A DNA stretch of 64,000 nt from Candidatus Uhrbacteria bacterium RIFCSPLOWO2_01_FULL_47_17 (GTDB lineage: Bacteria; Patescibacteriota; Patescibacteriia; UBA9934; GWF2-40-263): positions 44,488-108,487 of the forward strand of contig MGEI01000005.1 in the NCBI GenBank assembly GCA_001791305.1. Direction: 5' to 3'. The notes under the pieces are model-generated. The model was not told where the DNA came from. It worked only from the letters and a program-made list of their open reading frames with translations, and did no database searches. This document shows positions 32,990 to 42,746 of the stretch, piece after piece. Both the position numbers and the translations under genes were made by a program. Every line of letters begins with the position of its first letter. Position 1 is the first letter of the stretch.

Positions 32990-34132
32990 ATGGCCCTCGC
33001 ACAACACACGCAAATTTTAGAAGCCTTTAAACGGAGCACGCGCCCGCTTATTTGCGTTCCGTCTGGAGCGAACGCGGATCATTATGCGTCCGCAATTGGA
33101 CTTGCGCGTGTTCTCGAAAAACTCGAGAAGAAACCAACGATCGTAGCCGCAGATGGTGCCGCCCCAAAAAATATCCACTTCCTTTCTGGCCACGAAAAAA
33201 TTCAGCCCCGTATGGAAAACTTGCGTCAGTTCGTCATTGAACTTGATGCGACCAAAACAAAAGTGGACGAGCTCACTTATGAACTCAAGGACGAAAAACT
33301 GTTTGTCTATCTCTCTCCCAAAAAAGGATTCTGGGATGCCTCGGACGTAAAAACATCTTCTTCCGGATACAAACACGACCTTATTATTTGCATTGGCTCC
33401 CCAGATTACGAATCCTGTGCGCACCTCTATCAAGAAAACACCGACTTCTTTTTCCGCACCCCGATCATCAACGTTGATCACACGCCAGAAAACGAACATT
33501 ACGGCCAAATTAACATTGTCGATTTGACCGCGTCTGCTTGTGGGGAGGTGTGTCATGATCTGATTGAGGCCATTGAACCCGGTCTCATGGATGACGAAAT
33601 TGCAACGGCATTTTTAACAGGCATGATTGCGAAAACAAAAAGTTTCAAAACAAAAAATGTCACTCCGAAAACATTACAAACCGCAAGCAAGCTCATTGCG
33701 CGCGGCGCAAAACGCGAACACATTATTCAACATCTGTACCGTACACGTTCTGTTTCAACGCTTCGTCTCTGGGGACGCGCCCTTGCACGCCTCAAAACCG
33801 ATGAACATACCCACATGGTCTGGACGATGCTCTCCGCTCAAGACTTTATGCACGCAGGCGCAGAAGAACAGGATCTTCCTGATGTCATCGACGAGCTTCT
33901 CTCTTCTTCCCCAAACGCACGCGTCACCGTTCTCGTCTTTGAAACCGCACAACATGACATCAAAGCCATTGTTCGCACAGAACGTCCGTTAGATGCGATT
34001 ACGCTTTGCGCCCCGTTCCACGCATCGGGTACGCACGAAGAAGTACGACTCATCTTTCCAAACAAAACACTTGTCCAAACAGAACGTGAACTCATTGAAC
34101 ACGTAAAAAAGAGCATGGCCCTGTATGCATAA
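32990..34132 (+). CDS. DHH/NrnA-like phosphoesterase family protein with degenerate motifs
   Basis: PIINVDHTPENEHYGQIN, IATAFLTGMIAKTKSF. Confidence 0.8.
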   Translation: MALAQHTQILEAFKRSTRPLICVPSGANADHYASAIGLARVLEKLEKKPTIVAADGAAPKNIHFLSGHEKIQPRMENLRQFVIELDATKTKVDELTYELKDEKLFVYLSPKKGFWDASDVKTSSSGYKHDLIICIGSPDYESCAHLYQENTDFFFRTPIINVDHTPENEHYGQINIVDLTASACGEVCHDLIEAIEPGLMDDEIATAFLTGMIAKTKSFKTKNVTPKTLQTASKLIARGAKREHIIQHLYRTRSVSTLRLWGRALARLKTDEHTHMVWTMLSAQDFMHAGAEEQDLPDVIDELLSSSPNARVTVLVFETAQHDIKAIVRTERPLDAITLCAPFHASGTHEEVRLIFPNKTLVQTERELIEHVKKSMALYA

Positions 34133-34160
34133 AATCACCCCACTCCGGGGTGATTTTATT

Positions 34161-36584
34161 TTACTTTTTGGATTGTGCTTTTAAAACCGTTGTTTGGGAC
34201 GCATCTGCTCCAACCGCATTTGGCTGCGGCTGAATAGGTTCCGGAATCGTTGTTGTCACTTCTCCTGCTTGTAATTTTCGCAGTCGTTCTTGTGCGACCT
34301 TATTTTCCGGATTGAGTTCTACAACCTTCTGGACAAGTTCGATGGATTTCTGCGGATTTTTTTGAATTTCGTAAATGCTTGCAAGATACCAAAGCCCATT
34401 CGAATAGTCTGGATTAATTTTAATAAGTCGCTCTAATTCTTGTTTGGCGGCATCATATTTTTTTGCGCGAAGATACATTTGTGCAAGTTCAAATCCAAGT
34501 CCAATGTCTGAAGGAGTATTTTTGGTGAGCGCAACAAGACGCGCTGTCGCTTGTGCGATTTTTCCTTCTCGCTCATAGGTTGCCGCCAGATAATAATGCG
34601 CAGGCAAATAATCTCCCTTCAGCTTAATAGCTTGATTCAACGCCTGTTCTGCGGATGCAAGTAATTTTTGCTCCTGTTCTGCCGCTGCTTTTGCTTGTTC
34701 CGGATCTTTTGATGCTTTCAATGTATGCGCACGATCCGCAACTGCAAGATACACACGTGCAAGATCTACAGAGTGCGCAGGATTAATAGGCTCTAAACGC
34801 ATCGTATTTGCAAATGCGTTTGCCGCCAGATCTTCACCGTTTTGGACAAAGGACATTGTTTCCCGATACATCGCACCAAGGAGTTGCCAATTTCCAACCT
34901 TGTTTGGCTCGAGGCTTGCGGCGCGTACTCCTTCTTGCATGGATGCAGAAACAATTTGAGAAATTTCTTTTGTTTGTTCGGCGGTGAGTTTTTCTGTACC
35001 GACGGCTCGCATTTTTTGTGAAGCGTGTGACAACAAAGCAAAACTTAAATTACGCGCATACACATCGCTTAATCGATTAAACTTCGTGGCTGTCGCCAAA
35101 TGTTGAATCACGTTTTGCGTCTGTCCTTGTTTTGCATCAAGCGCCACAGCGTTTGTGAACGCTTTTTCTGCAAGAAATTTTTCTCCCATCAAAAAAATCG
35201 CTGCAAACATTCCAATAAAGACAAAAACAAATAAAAACGATGCGAGCAAACCTAATTTTGGAGAACGGGCAAAATTCACATGCCAAACTCCAGACAACAA
35301 ATGCGCGACCAACATTCCACTCATGGCCCACAACAGAAACTCGAGGGTCAGGTTTGAAGAAGAAAGAAATTGCGCAACCAAAAGGAGACTCCAACCCACA
35401 AACAAAACATAGGTCATTTTCCAAGTTTGATGATCACGCGCGCTCACTAAACGCTTGATAGCAAGACACCCAATCCACCCCATACACACAAGCCAAGCAA
35501 GCATTCCAAGAAGCCCAATATCCGAAAAACGCGTCAAAAATGCAGATGTTCCACGATCAAACACATGTGACCAAAGAGATGATGAGTTGATGCTCATTGG
35601 TTTAAACAATTGGTACTGATACGAAAATGTTCCGGGGCCTGCACCAAAAAAGAGCGATGGGACATTTTCGACAAGGGTTGATTTTGCGACCTGAGAACTT
35701 GTTCCAAAACTTGGCGCAACCAAAACAGGAAGATGAAACGAAACCGGAGACGGAAGAAAGAGGAAAAACAAGGAAACAAAGAGGAGTAAAAGAGGAAGAA
35801 CGAATTTCCGCGGACTTGGAAACTCTTTTGTTTGTAAAAATCCAAACGACGTCAATAAAAGCACACCTACAATGGTCAGAACCCAGAAAGCCCAATAATC
35901 AAGCGCGACAAGGGACACAAGTGTGCTTACAAACACCACAAAAATGAGGGCGCGCGTGAGCATTCCAGCGACCCCAGATGAAATCACACGATCCGAACCT
36001 TCATGAGAAACAAGCCAGAGAGCGAGTCCGATAAAGAGCGTCACAAGAAGAAATACAGTGAGACCACCCATGGTTCCAACCGTGTTAAACGAAGCAGATT
36101 TTGCAAACGCAAACGGGAGAGAAAAAACGCGAAAAAACTGTAAAACGGAAAAAATTCCGGCAATGGATGCAGAAAGCAAAAGGGCGACCAACGAACGTCT
36201 TTGGGCAACAACATCCTTGTGAACGTTCACGAAAAGATAAAAAATACAGACAAAAATGGCTGTTGAAAGAAAGCTTGCGTATTCTTGTGAAGACTGACCG
36301 ACCCACGACTGATAATTTGCTTTTGAGAAAAAGGATGAGATGAGAACAAAGAACAAAAAAATAAGTGGAAGACTGTTCACAAGTCCGGATCGGAACTCAC
36401 ACCGTTTTTGACTCACCATGGATCCAAACCATGCCACAAGCCCAACAACCGTCAAAACAACAAGAACGATTTGTTTATTCGGCTCCAAGACATCTTGCGA
36501 CCAAGGAAGAAAAACAATTGGAAGAAGAAACAAGAGCACATACGTGACCGAGCGCGTGATCTGTTCAAAAAATTTGGTCGACAT
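34161..36584 (-). CDS. Multi-TM O-antigen-ligase-like protein with C-terminal TPR repeats
   Basis: About 12 TM segments, FNTVG and GAGPGTF motifs, TPRs (AHYYLAATY, NPDYSNGLWYLA). Confidence 0.8.
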   Translation of the reverse strand: MSTKFFEQITRSVTYVLLFLLPIVFLPWSQDVLEPNKQIVLVVLTVVGLVAWFGSMVSQKRCEFRSGLVNSLPLIFLFFVLISSFFSKANYQSWVGQSSQEYASFLSTAIFVCIFYLFVNVHKDVVAQRRSLVALLLSASIAGIFSVLQFFRVFSLPFAFAKSASFNTVGTMGGLTVFLLVTLFIGLALWLVSHEGSDRVISSGVAGMLTRALIFVVFVSTLVSLVALDYWAFWVLTIVGVLLLTSFGFLQTKEFPSPRKFVLPLLLLFVSLFFLFLPSPVSFHLPVLVAPSFGTSSQVAKSTLVENVPSLFFGAGPGTFSYQYQLFKPMSINSSSLWSHVFDRGTSAFLTRFSDIGLLGMLAWLVCMGWIGCLAIKRLVSARDHQTWKMTYVLFVGWSLLLVAQFLSSSNLTLEFLLWAMSGMLVAHLLSGVWHVNFARSPKLGLLASFLFVFVFIGMFAAIFLMGEKFLAEKAFTNAVALDAKQGQTQNVIQHLATATKFNRLSDVYARNLSFALLSHASQKMRAVGTEKLTAEQTKEISQIVSASMQEGVRAASLEPNKVGNWQLLGAMYRETMSFVQNGEDLAANAFANTMRLEPINPAHSVDLARVYLAVADRAHTLKASKDPEQAKAAAEQEQKLLASAEQALNQAIKLKGDYLPAHYYLAATYEREGKIAQATARLVALTKNTPSDIGLGFELAQMYLRAKKYDAAKQELERLIKINPDYSNGLWYLASIYEIQKNPQKSIELVQKVVELNPENKVAQERLRKLQAGEVTTTIPEPIQPQPNAVGADASQTTVLKAQSKK

Positions 36585-36685
36585 AAAGACAAAGTGAAAA
36601 TAAAAGATCTGAAGATTGCATCAAGTATAGCATTTTCTCCAACACGAAACAAAATGATTTGCTATAATGATTGCGTATGCGAACT

Positions 36686-38023
36686 ATGGAGGATCTCATC
36701 TCTTGGATTCAAGCAATTCCCTCGCTTGTTTTCCTCAAAGAACTCACGCGTGATCTTCGTGACGCGGAGCTCTTTTTTGTTGGAGGTGGTGTGCGTGATT
36801 GGATGTGTGATCGATCCATGGATCAGGTTGATTTTGATTTTGTGGTAAGAGGCGTTCCGCTCGAAACACTCATTGCTTGGCTCGAAAAACGCGGAAATAT
36901 TGATGTTGTCGGCAAAACATTCGGGGTGATTAAGTTTCGATCAAGAGAATTTCCAAAGACATGTGTCGATATCGCTCTTCCTCGCACAGAACAATCCATT
37001 CCAGACTCTCTTGGAGGATATCGCGATGTCTCCGTACAGTTCGACGAAACCCTTCCCATGAAAGACGACTTATCGCGTCGTGATTTTACGGTGAATGCCA
37101 TGGCTCTTAATCTCGACATGGGCGAACTCGTTGATCCGTTTGACGGACAACGCGATCTCGAGACCAAAACACTCCGCGCGGTCGGCGATGCACAAACTCG
37201 TTTTCAAGAAGACCTCACCCGCATCTTGCGCGGACTACGTTTTGCGTGCGAATTAAATTTTGCGATCGAACCACAAACGTTCGACGCGATAAAATCCCTC
37301 GTTCCGGAACTGAATCATCTTCGAAAAACAACGGACGCGAGCACGTATATTGTGTCTCGAGAAACCATTGGAGATGAGCTCTCAAAGGCATTCGCTGCGA
37401 ATCCATCGCAAGCCATTTGTCTTCTTCAAGAACTCGGTGCGCTCGAAGAACTCTTTCCGAGCGTGTGGCGACATCTTCAAGTTGATGCGCATTATCTCGA
37501 GCCTGTTAGCCGATCGAAACCGGAGCATCTTGAACATACAATCATCTTGCTTCTTCGAGGACTCACGGCCGAGGAAGCTCGCACAACTCTTTCTTTCACA
37601 GGACTCGACACCATTGACAAACAATCGCCTCGCAGACTGGATGTTGAACACATTCTTTGGATGATCCAGCGATTACAGCAACACCTCACCCCGCAAAATA
37701 TTTCTGTCATGCGCGCCTCGCACTTTGAAAAACAATTTTTGGGTGCGCGCGGAACACAACACATGACACTTCTCGATCATCTCGGCCACAGCACGGTTGT
37801 CGATGCCGCAAAAAAACGCCGCACGGAAATTTGTGCCAACTGGCAATGCGAAGAACACGAACCCATTCCCCCACTCATAACCGGCGACGACGTGCTACGC
37901 CAAGGCATTCCTGCAGGCGCACGCGTACGCGAGATCCTCGAGATGGCACGCGACCAGCAGCTCGATGGACACATTCTGACACGCGAAGCGGCGATCCGAT
38001 TTGTGAAGCAACAGATGGAGTAA
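36686..38023 (+). CDS. cca: CCA tRNA nucleotidyltransferase / poly(A) polymerase family
   Basis: VGGGVRD, DFDF, DLSRRDFTVNAMA and RFQEDLTRILRGLRF motifs. Confidence 0.9.
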   Translation: MEDLISWIQAIPSLVFLKELTRDLRDAELFFVGGGVRDWMCDRSMDQVDFDFVVRGVPLETLIAWLEKRGNIDVVGKTFGVIKFRSREFPKTCVDIALPRTEQSIPDSLGGYRDVSVQFDETLPMKDDLSRRDFTVNAMALNLDMGELVDPFDGQRDLETKTLRAVGDAQTRFQEDLTRILRGLRFACELNFAIEPQTFDAIKSLVPELNHLRKTTDASTYIVSRETIGDELSKAFAANPSQAICLLQELGALEELFPSVWRHLQVDAHYLEPVSRSKPEHLEHTIILLLRGLTAEEARTTLSFTGLDTIDKQSPRRLDVEHILWMIQRLQQHLTPQNISVMRASHFEKQFLGARGTQHMTLLDHLGHSTVVDAAKKRRTEICANWQCEEHEPIPPLITGDDVLRQGIPAGARVREILEMARDQQLDGHILTREAAIRFVKQQME

Positions 38024-38058
38024 ACAAAAAAGATGATTCGTGAGAATCATCTTTTTTG
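38024..38058. terminator. Bidirectional terminator between cca and tRNA-Val
   Basis: ACAAAAAAGATGATTC-loop-GAATCATCTTTTTTG. Confidence 0.75.
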
Positions 38059-38135
38059 TGGTGGGCGGCAGAGGATTTGAACCTCTGACCCCTTGCATGT
38101 CATGCAAGTGCTCTAACCAGCTGAGCTAGCCGCCC
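38059..38135 (-). tRNA. tRNA-Val(GAC)
   Basis: Anticodon arm CTTGC-ATGACAT-GCAAG; CCA. Confidence 0.94.
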
Positions 38136-38213
38136 GTTAAATTCGTGTCGAAATCATAAGGGAAACGAGCCTGATCGTCAAGCCATATCATTCGTGAACG
38201 ATGTGATGAGACA

Positions 38214-38699
38214 TTAAAAAAACTTGCTTTTGTTTCCCGGAACTCCAGACGCGTCTGAAACGCTCACTTGTTCCTCGAGCACGCTTGCCTCATGTGCTTC
38301 TCGTTCATCTTGATCCAAAATAATCCACGGCTTTGCTTTTGATTTTGAAATGGCCATGATGATAAATCCGATGAGGGTGAGGGCAAGCGCCCCGACGAAA
38401 AATGCTCCCATAATTCCACCGAACCCACACCCAATCACAGCTACTTTTTGCTGAACATTACTTGTTGCCTCAACAACACACGATCGAATTGCGGACTCCG
38501 CAGATTGGACACCAAAATAAGCTGCGCCAAACGCACATGCCGCCGCAAAAATCGTGAAAAGACAGCTGAAACGCACTTTACGCACTCGACCGAGGCGCAA
38601 GATGGCCATAACCGCAAAAAACACCCCACCCAAAATCCAATAGACAAAAAACCAAAGAATCGAGAGAAACGTGATAAACGATTGGAGTCCAACATCCAT
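38214..38699 (-). CDS. Hypothetical membrane protein
   Basis: Three TM segments and an acidic tail. Confidence 0.7.
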   Translation of the reverse strand: MDVGLQSFITFLSILWFFVYWILGGVFFAVMAILRLGRVRKVRFSCLFTIFAAACAFGAAYFGVQSAESAIRSCVVEATSNVQQKVAVIGCGFGGIMGAFFVGALALTLIGFIIMAISKSKAKPWIILDQDEREAHEASVLEEQVSVSDASGVPGNKSKFF

Positions 38700-38761
38700 A
38701 GATAATCCATTGTAACTGCTCGACGAGAAGCTCGCAATGTTATATTGTAATCTCACTTTCC

Positions 38762-38838
38762 GGGGATGTAGCTCAGCTGGTTAGAGCTCAAAGCTTATAC
38801 CTTTGCGGTCGATGGTTCGAGTCCATCCATCCCCACCA
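38762..38838 (+). tRNA. tRNA-Ile(TAT)
   Basis: GGGGATG acceptor, anticodon arm CAAAG-CTTATAC-CTTTG, GTTCGAGTC, A73-CCA. Confidence 0.9.
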
Positions 38839-38847
38839 CAAAAACCT

Positions 38848-39018
38848 ATGATCCTTATTACAATCGGCCTGATTCTTTTTGTCCTTAGTTTTTGGATGCG
38901 AAGTAGATATAAACAGAAAGAGCATGAGGCCGGAATAGATGGCATGAACGCCATCTTGATCGCCGCAGCCATTTTAATTCTTTTTTACGGAATCATTAGC
39001 CAGATGATGATTCAATAG
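38848..39018 (+). CDS. Small membrane protein
   Basis: 56 aa, two TM helices; abuts the RluA-family gene. Confidence 0.6.
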   Translation: MILITIGLILFVLSFWMRSRYKQKEHEAGIDGMNAILIAAAILILFYGIISQMMIQ

Positions 39019-39022
39019 ACGT

Positions 39023-39946
39023 ATGCCCACATTCATCATCGACGAAACACAAAGCAAAAGACGTATCGACCAAGTTTTGGTTGACGTTTTGAAAATCTCG
39101 CGTGAAAAAGTTCAGACACTTATCAAATCCGGTGAAGTCACCATCAACGAGAAGCCACCAAAACCACACACACCCGTTCAGTTGAATGACGTTGTTGTGT
39201 ATCCAAAAATTTCCACAAAACCACCTAAACAAGAAGTGACAAACGTCGAGATTCCCATTCTCTATGAAGATAATGATCTGATCGTCATCAATAAGCCCGC
39301 TGGCTTGATCGTTCACCGTACGAATGAAATTGACACACGCCCAAGTGTGGCCGATCTTCTCGTAAAAAAATATCGTGGCATCAAAAAAGTTGGAGACAAC
39401 CCTCTTCGTCCAGGAATCGTTCACCGTCTCGACCGTGAAGTATCCGGTGTGATGGTTGTTGCAAAGACACAAGCCATGTACGAGAATCTCAAAAAACAAT
39501 TTCAAGATCGCGAGGTAGAAAAAAAATATACAGCGCTTGTTTACGGAAAACTTCCAAAAGAACATGATGAAATCACGTTCGCGATTGCGCGATCAAAATC
39601 CCAAGGCCGCATGGTTGCACGAACAGGAGAACAAGATGGAAAAGAAGCGCTCACCCAATGGAATGTTGTCGACCGATTTAAAAACGTTACGCTCGTGGAC
39701 GTCAAAATTCTTACCGGTCGCACGCACCAAATTCGCGTACACTTCCTTGCCGTTGACCATCCCGTTGTCGGTGACCGCTTGTACCGTAAAAAATCCATGC
39801 GACATGTAAAGGAAAAAAATCTTGGGCGACTGTTCCTCCACGCAAACTCGTTGACCATCCATCTTGCCGACGGAAAGAAGAAAACGTTCAAAACATCTCT
39901 TCCAAAAGAATTAAAAATGATTCTTGATGCATTGCCACGAAAATAA
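39023..39946 (+). CDS. RluA/RluD family pseudouridine synthase
   Basis: S4 domain; NKPAGL, HRLDREVSG and TGRTHQIRVH motifs. Confidence 0.95.
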   Translation: MPTFIIDETQSKRRIDQVLVDVLKISREKVQTLIKSGEVTINEKPPKPHTPVQLNDVVVYPKISTKPPKQEVTNVEIPILYEDNDLIVINKPAGLIVHRTNEIDTRPSVADLLVKKYRGIKKVGDNPLRPGIVHRLDREVSGVMVVAKTQAMYENLKKQFQDREVEKKYTALVYGKLPKEHDEITFAIARSKSQGRMVARTGEQDGKEALTQWNVVDRFKNVTLVDVKILTGRTHQIRVHFLAVDHPVVGDRLYRKKSMRHVKEKNLGRLFLHANSLTIHLADGKKKTFKTSLPKELKMILDALPRK

Positions 39947-39950
39947 TCCT

Positions 39951-40499
39951 ATGATCATCACCATCACAGGACTTCCGGGTTCTGGAAAAACAACCGTCAT
40001 CAAACAACTTTCCGAAACGCTCGGCGTTCCGTGGTATTCGGTTGGAAATCTGCGCGGCAAAATGGCGGAAGAGCGCGGGATGACGATTGATGAATTGAAT
40101 GCGCTTGGCGAGACGGAAGCGTTTACCGATAAAGACGTAGACGAATATCAAAAGAAGCTTGGCGAGTCTGGTGAATCATTCGTGATTGACGGAAGACTTT
40201 CTTGGTACTTTATTCCGAAGTCGTTCAAGATCTTTCTCGATGTTGATCCGAATGTTGGAGCACGTCGCATTTATGATGCTTCAAAGAAGGGCGAGCGCGA
40301 TGATGAGAAAGCGTACGGCTCCGTCGAAGAAGTGAAGCAATTTATTGCCGATCGTGTCGCGTCCGACGTCCGCAGATACCAAAAATACTACGGAGTCGAT
40401 TTTCTCGACAGGTCGAACTATGACCTGGTCCTTGATACCACCAACCTGACGATCGACGAGAAAGCTCGAATAATTCTCGAGAAAATGCCCAAATCTTGA
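39951..40499 (+). CDS. cmk: Cytidylate kinase, archaeal-type
   Basis: ITITGLPGSGKTT P-loop, IDGRLS, RRYQKYYGVD, YDLVLDT. Confidence 0.85.
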   Translation: MIITITGLPGSGKTTVIKQLSETLGVPWYSVGNLRGKMAEERGMTIDELNALGETEAFTDKDVDEYQKKLGESGESFVIDGRLSWYFIPKSFKIFLDVDPNVGARRIYDASKKGERDDEKAYGSVEEVKQFIADRVASDVRRYQKYYGVDFLDRSNYDLVLDTTNLTIDEKARIILEKMPKS

Positions 40500-40609
40500 C
40501 GCGAAACCTTGAATCCGCTATTATTTCGCCACATTCAATCGATGCGACTCATGAACACTGATCGGCCTTTTAGCCGATGTGGTCCTCTCAGCGCGCGATA
40601 CACAATCCT

Positions 40610-41071
40610 ATGACAACAGAAGAAACAACTCCTGTTGAAGCAACAGCGGACGAAGTCGTCGAGGCTGCTGTGGAAACACCTGTAGAAGAAGTGGCCGTTG
40701 ATGTCATTCCTACAAAAACAACAGAAGTCCGTTCCGGACAAACCGTTCGTCTTCACGAGCGCATTAAAGATGTCACGCCAAAAGGAGAAATTCGCGAACG
40801 CATTCAGATCTTTGAAGGAATCGTCCTTGGGATCAAAGGCGCAGGACTCAGCCGCACCCTCACGATTCGAAAAATCAGCTCTGGTGGATTCGGTGTAGAA
40901 AAGATCTACCCAGTAAACTCCCCAGTTGTTGCAAAGATCGAACTTGTGAAAACGGCAAAGGTTCGCCGCGCAAAGCTTTCCTTCTTGCAAAATGCAAAGA
41001 GCGGATTCAAGCGCAAGTTGAAAGAGACCTACGTAAATACAACAACAAAAAAGGCCAAGAAAAAGAAATAA
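40610..41071 (+). CDS. rplS: 50S ribosomal protein L19
   Basis: RIQIFEGIV...TIRKIS..FGVEK...KVRRAKL. Confidence 0.97.
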   Translation: MTTEETTPVEATADEVVEAAVETPVEEVAVDVIPTKTTEVRSGQTVRLHERIKDVTPKGEIRERIQIFEGIVLGIKGAGLSRTLTIRKISSGGFGVEKIYPVNSPVVAKIELVKTAKVRRAKLSFLQNAKSGFKRKLKETYVNTTTKKAKKKK

Positions 41072-41107
41072 AAAAACATCTCCGCCGCGGCGGAGATGTT
41101 TTTTTAT

Positions 41108-42652
41108 TTACAACGATTTTATCGCTTGATCCGATTCTACATTCACCCCATTTGCATAGCGCCACAAGAACGTTGGCGGAACTTCCACAATACCTTTGTT
41201 CCATTGTGTTCCAAAAATAGTGCTTGCCACGGTTTCTGAAACGATCCAGTGCAACTGCCCATCATTTCCGAACATATAAACACGCGAATCTCCAATTGCT
41301 TTTACACGTGTTCCAGGGGTAAACCCACCTTCAAACACGTTGTTTGATTTTTGCATGGAAAGAATTGTGGCAAGCGTAGCTTGGTAAAGCGCGCCATCTG
41401 TTCCTTTCCAAATCACGTGTGATACATCGGAAAGAACAGGGTTTGTGCCGTATCCAAGTTTTACAAGATTTTGATTGGTTGTGTTTTCAAACCAAACGTT
41501 TCCTTTCGTATCAAGACCCGTGCGGAGCGTTTCGCGCACATCGGTCACGAGAAAAGGTGTTGATTCATATTTTTTGGAAGCAAACGTGTATTTCCAAGTT
41601 CCCTTCTCATCCGCAAAATACACGGCATCTTTTTCCAAGTGAACAGATCCCTCCTTCACCATTTGAAGATTAATCACACCAGAGGATGTGTGAACGTATA
41701 AATGACGATTCACATCAACCCACGACATGGCGTCTCCCGCGATCTGCACCGTTGCATTTGGATTCGTGTTCCAACTCAACTTTGCTGCACCATGAGAAAC
41801 CGGCTCTTTATCGATTCCAGGACGATACGTGAACAAGGTGTAATTTTGAAAAAACACTACGCTGCCATCCGTCAAAAAGTGTGCGAACAAAATATCCGCT
41901 TGTGGTTCTGTCCAGGTGTTTGGAATTGCCGCCATTTTTTGAGATGCCGGTTCGATCATCCAAAGCTGTTTATTTCCACCTGAAAATTGGAACTTCACAA
42001 GCAATCGATCATTATAGGCATCCATGACTTGCTGCCATGGAGCATTTAACATGAACGAAATTTCACGTTCTTCATAGGAGCCGTCCATGGATTTTCCGGT
42101 AAGAGAACTTTGTACCTTTTTTGTTGTGTTGTTTGTCTGTAAAAGTGATGTGTACAAACGATCTCCGGACGTAGAAAAAGAAACGAAACTTAATTCATTG
42201 TGTTTACGCGCAAGGGAGGTGAATGGATGGATGTTTCCTGTATTTGGATCAACAAGAAAAGCATCGAACCAAACATCCTTACTCAGGGATTTTGTAAAAA
42301 AAATGAACTTTCCTTTTTGCGCCATGGCAAAGGATGGATTCAAAAATTGTTGATCAACCGCGGGAATCAATTGTGACTTTCCATCTTTTATGATCGAAAG
42401 ATCAATTTTGTCACACGTTCCAAGATTGGTACATTGTGCAGATAGATTTGAAACAAAGACGATTCCATTACGTTTCATGGGGGCGCTTACGTTTGCATTG
42501 AACGTAAGACGTTCATTACGAAACGATGTTTGGTTCCAAACACGTTCCGCAAGAAGCGGCTTCCAAGAAGCGTTATCCGCAAAAACACGAGGAAGAAACG
42601 GCGAAACACCCGCCATGACCACCAAAGAAAGAATCAGGATTTTTTTCAACAT
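41108..42652 (-). CDS. Secreted beta-rich protein with a C-terminal CPR-type surface repeat
   Basis: Signal peptide; C-terminal GTRVKAIGDSRVYMFGNDGQLHWIVSETVA module. Confidence 0.75.
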   Translation of the reverse strand: MLKKILILSLVVMAGVSPFLPRVFADNASWKPLLAERVWNQTSFRNERLTFNANVSAPMKRNGIVFVSNLSAQCTNLGTCDKIDLSIIKDGKSQLIPAVDQQFLNPSFAMAQKGKFIFFTKSLSKDVWFDAFLVDPNTGNIHPFTSLARKHNELSFVSFSTSGDRLYTSLLQTNNTTKKVQSSLTGKSMDGSYEEREISFMLNAPWQQVMDAYNDRLLVKFQFSGGNKQLWMIEPASQKMAAIPNTWTEPQADILFAHFLTDGSVVFFQNYTLFTYRPGIDKEPVSHGAAKLSWNTNPNATVQIAGDAMSWVDVNRHLYVHTSSGVINLQMVKEGSVHLEKDAVYFADEKGTWKYTFASKKYESTPFLVTDVRETLRTGLDTKGNVWFENTTNQNLVKLGYGTNPVLSDVSHVIWKGTDGALYQATLATILSMQKSNNVFEGGFTPGTRVKAIGDSRVYMFGNDGQLHWIVSETVASTIFGTQWNKGIVEVPPTFLWRYANGVNVESDQAIKSL

Positions 42653-42746
42653 AATGTTGTTAATAAATAACGCCAGATTTTAGCAGAAAAATGCGTTTTT
42701 GTCAATGATTTAAAAAAAAGCGAGGTAATTCCTCGCTTTTTCATCT

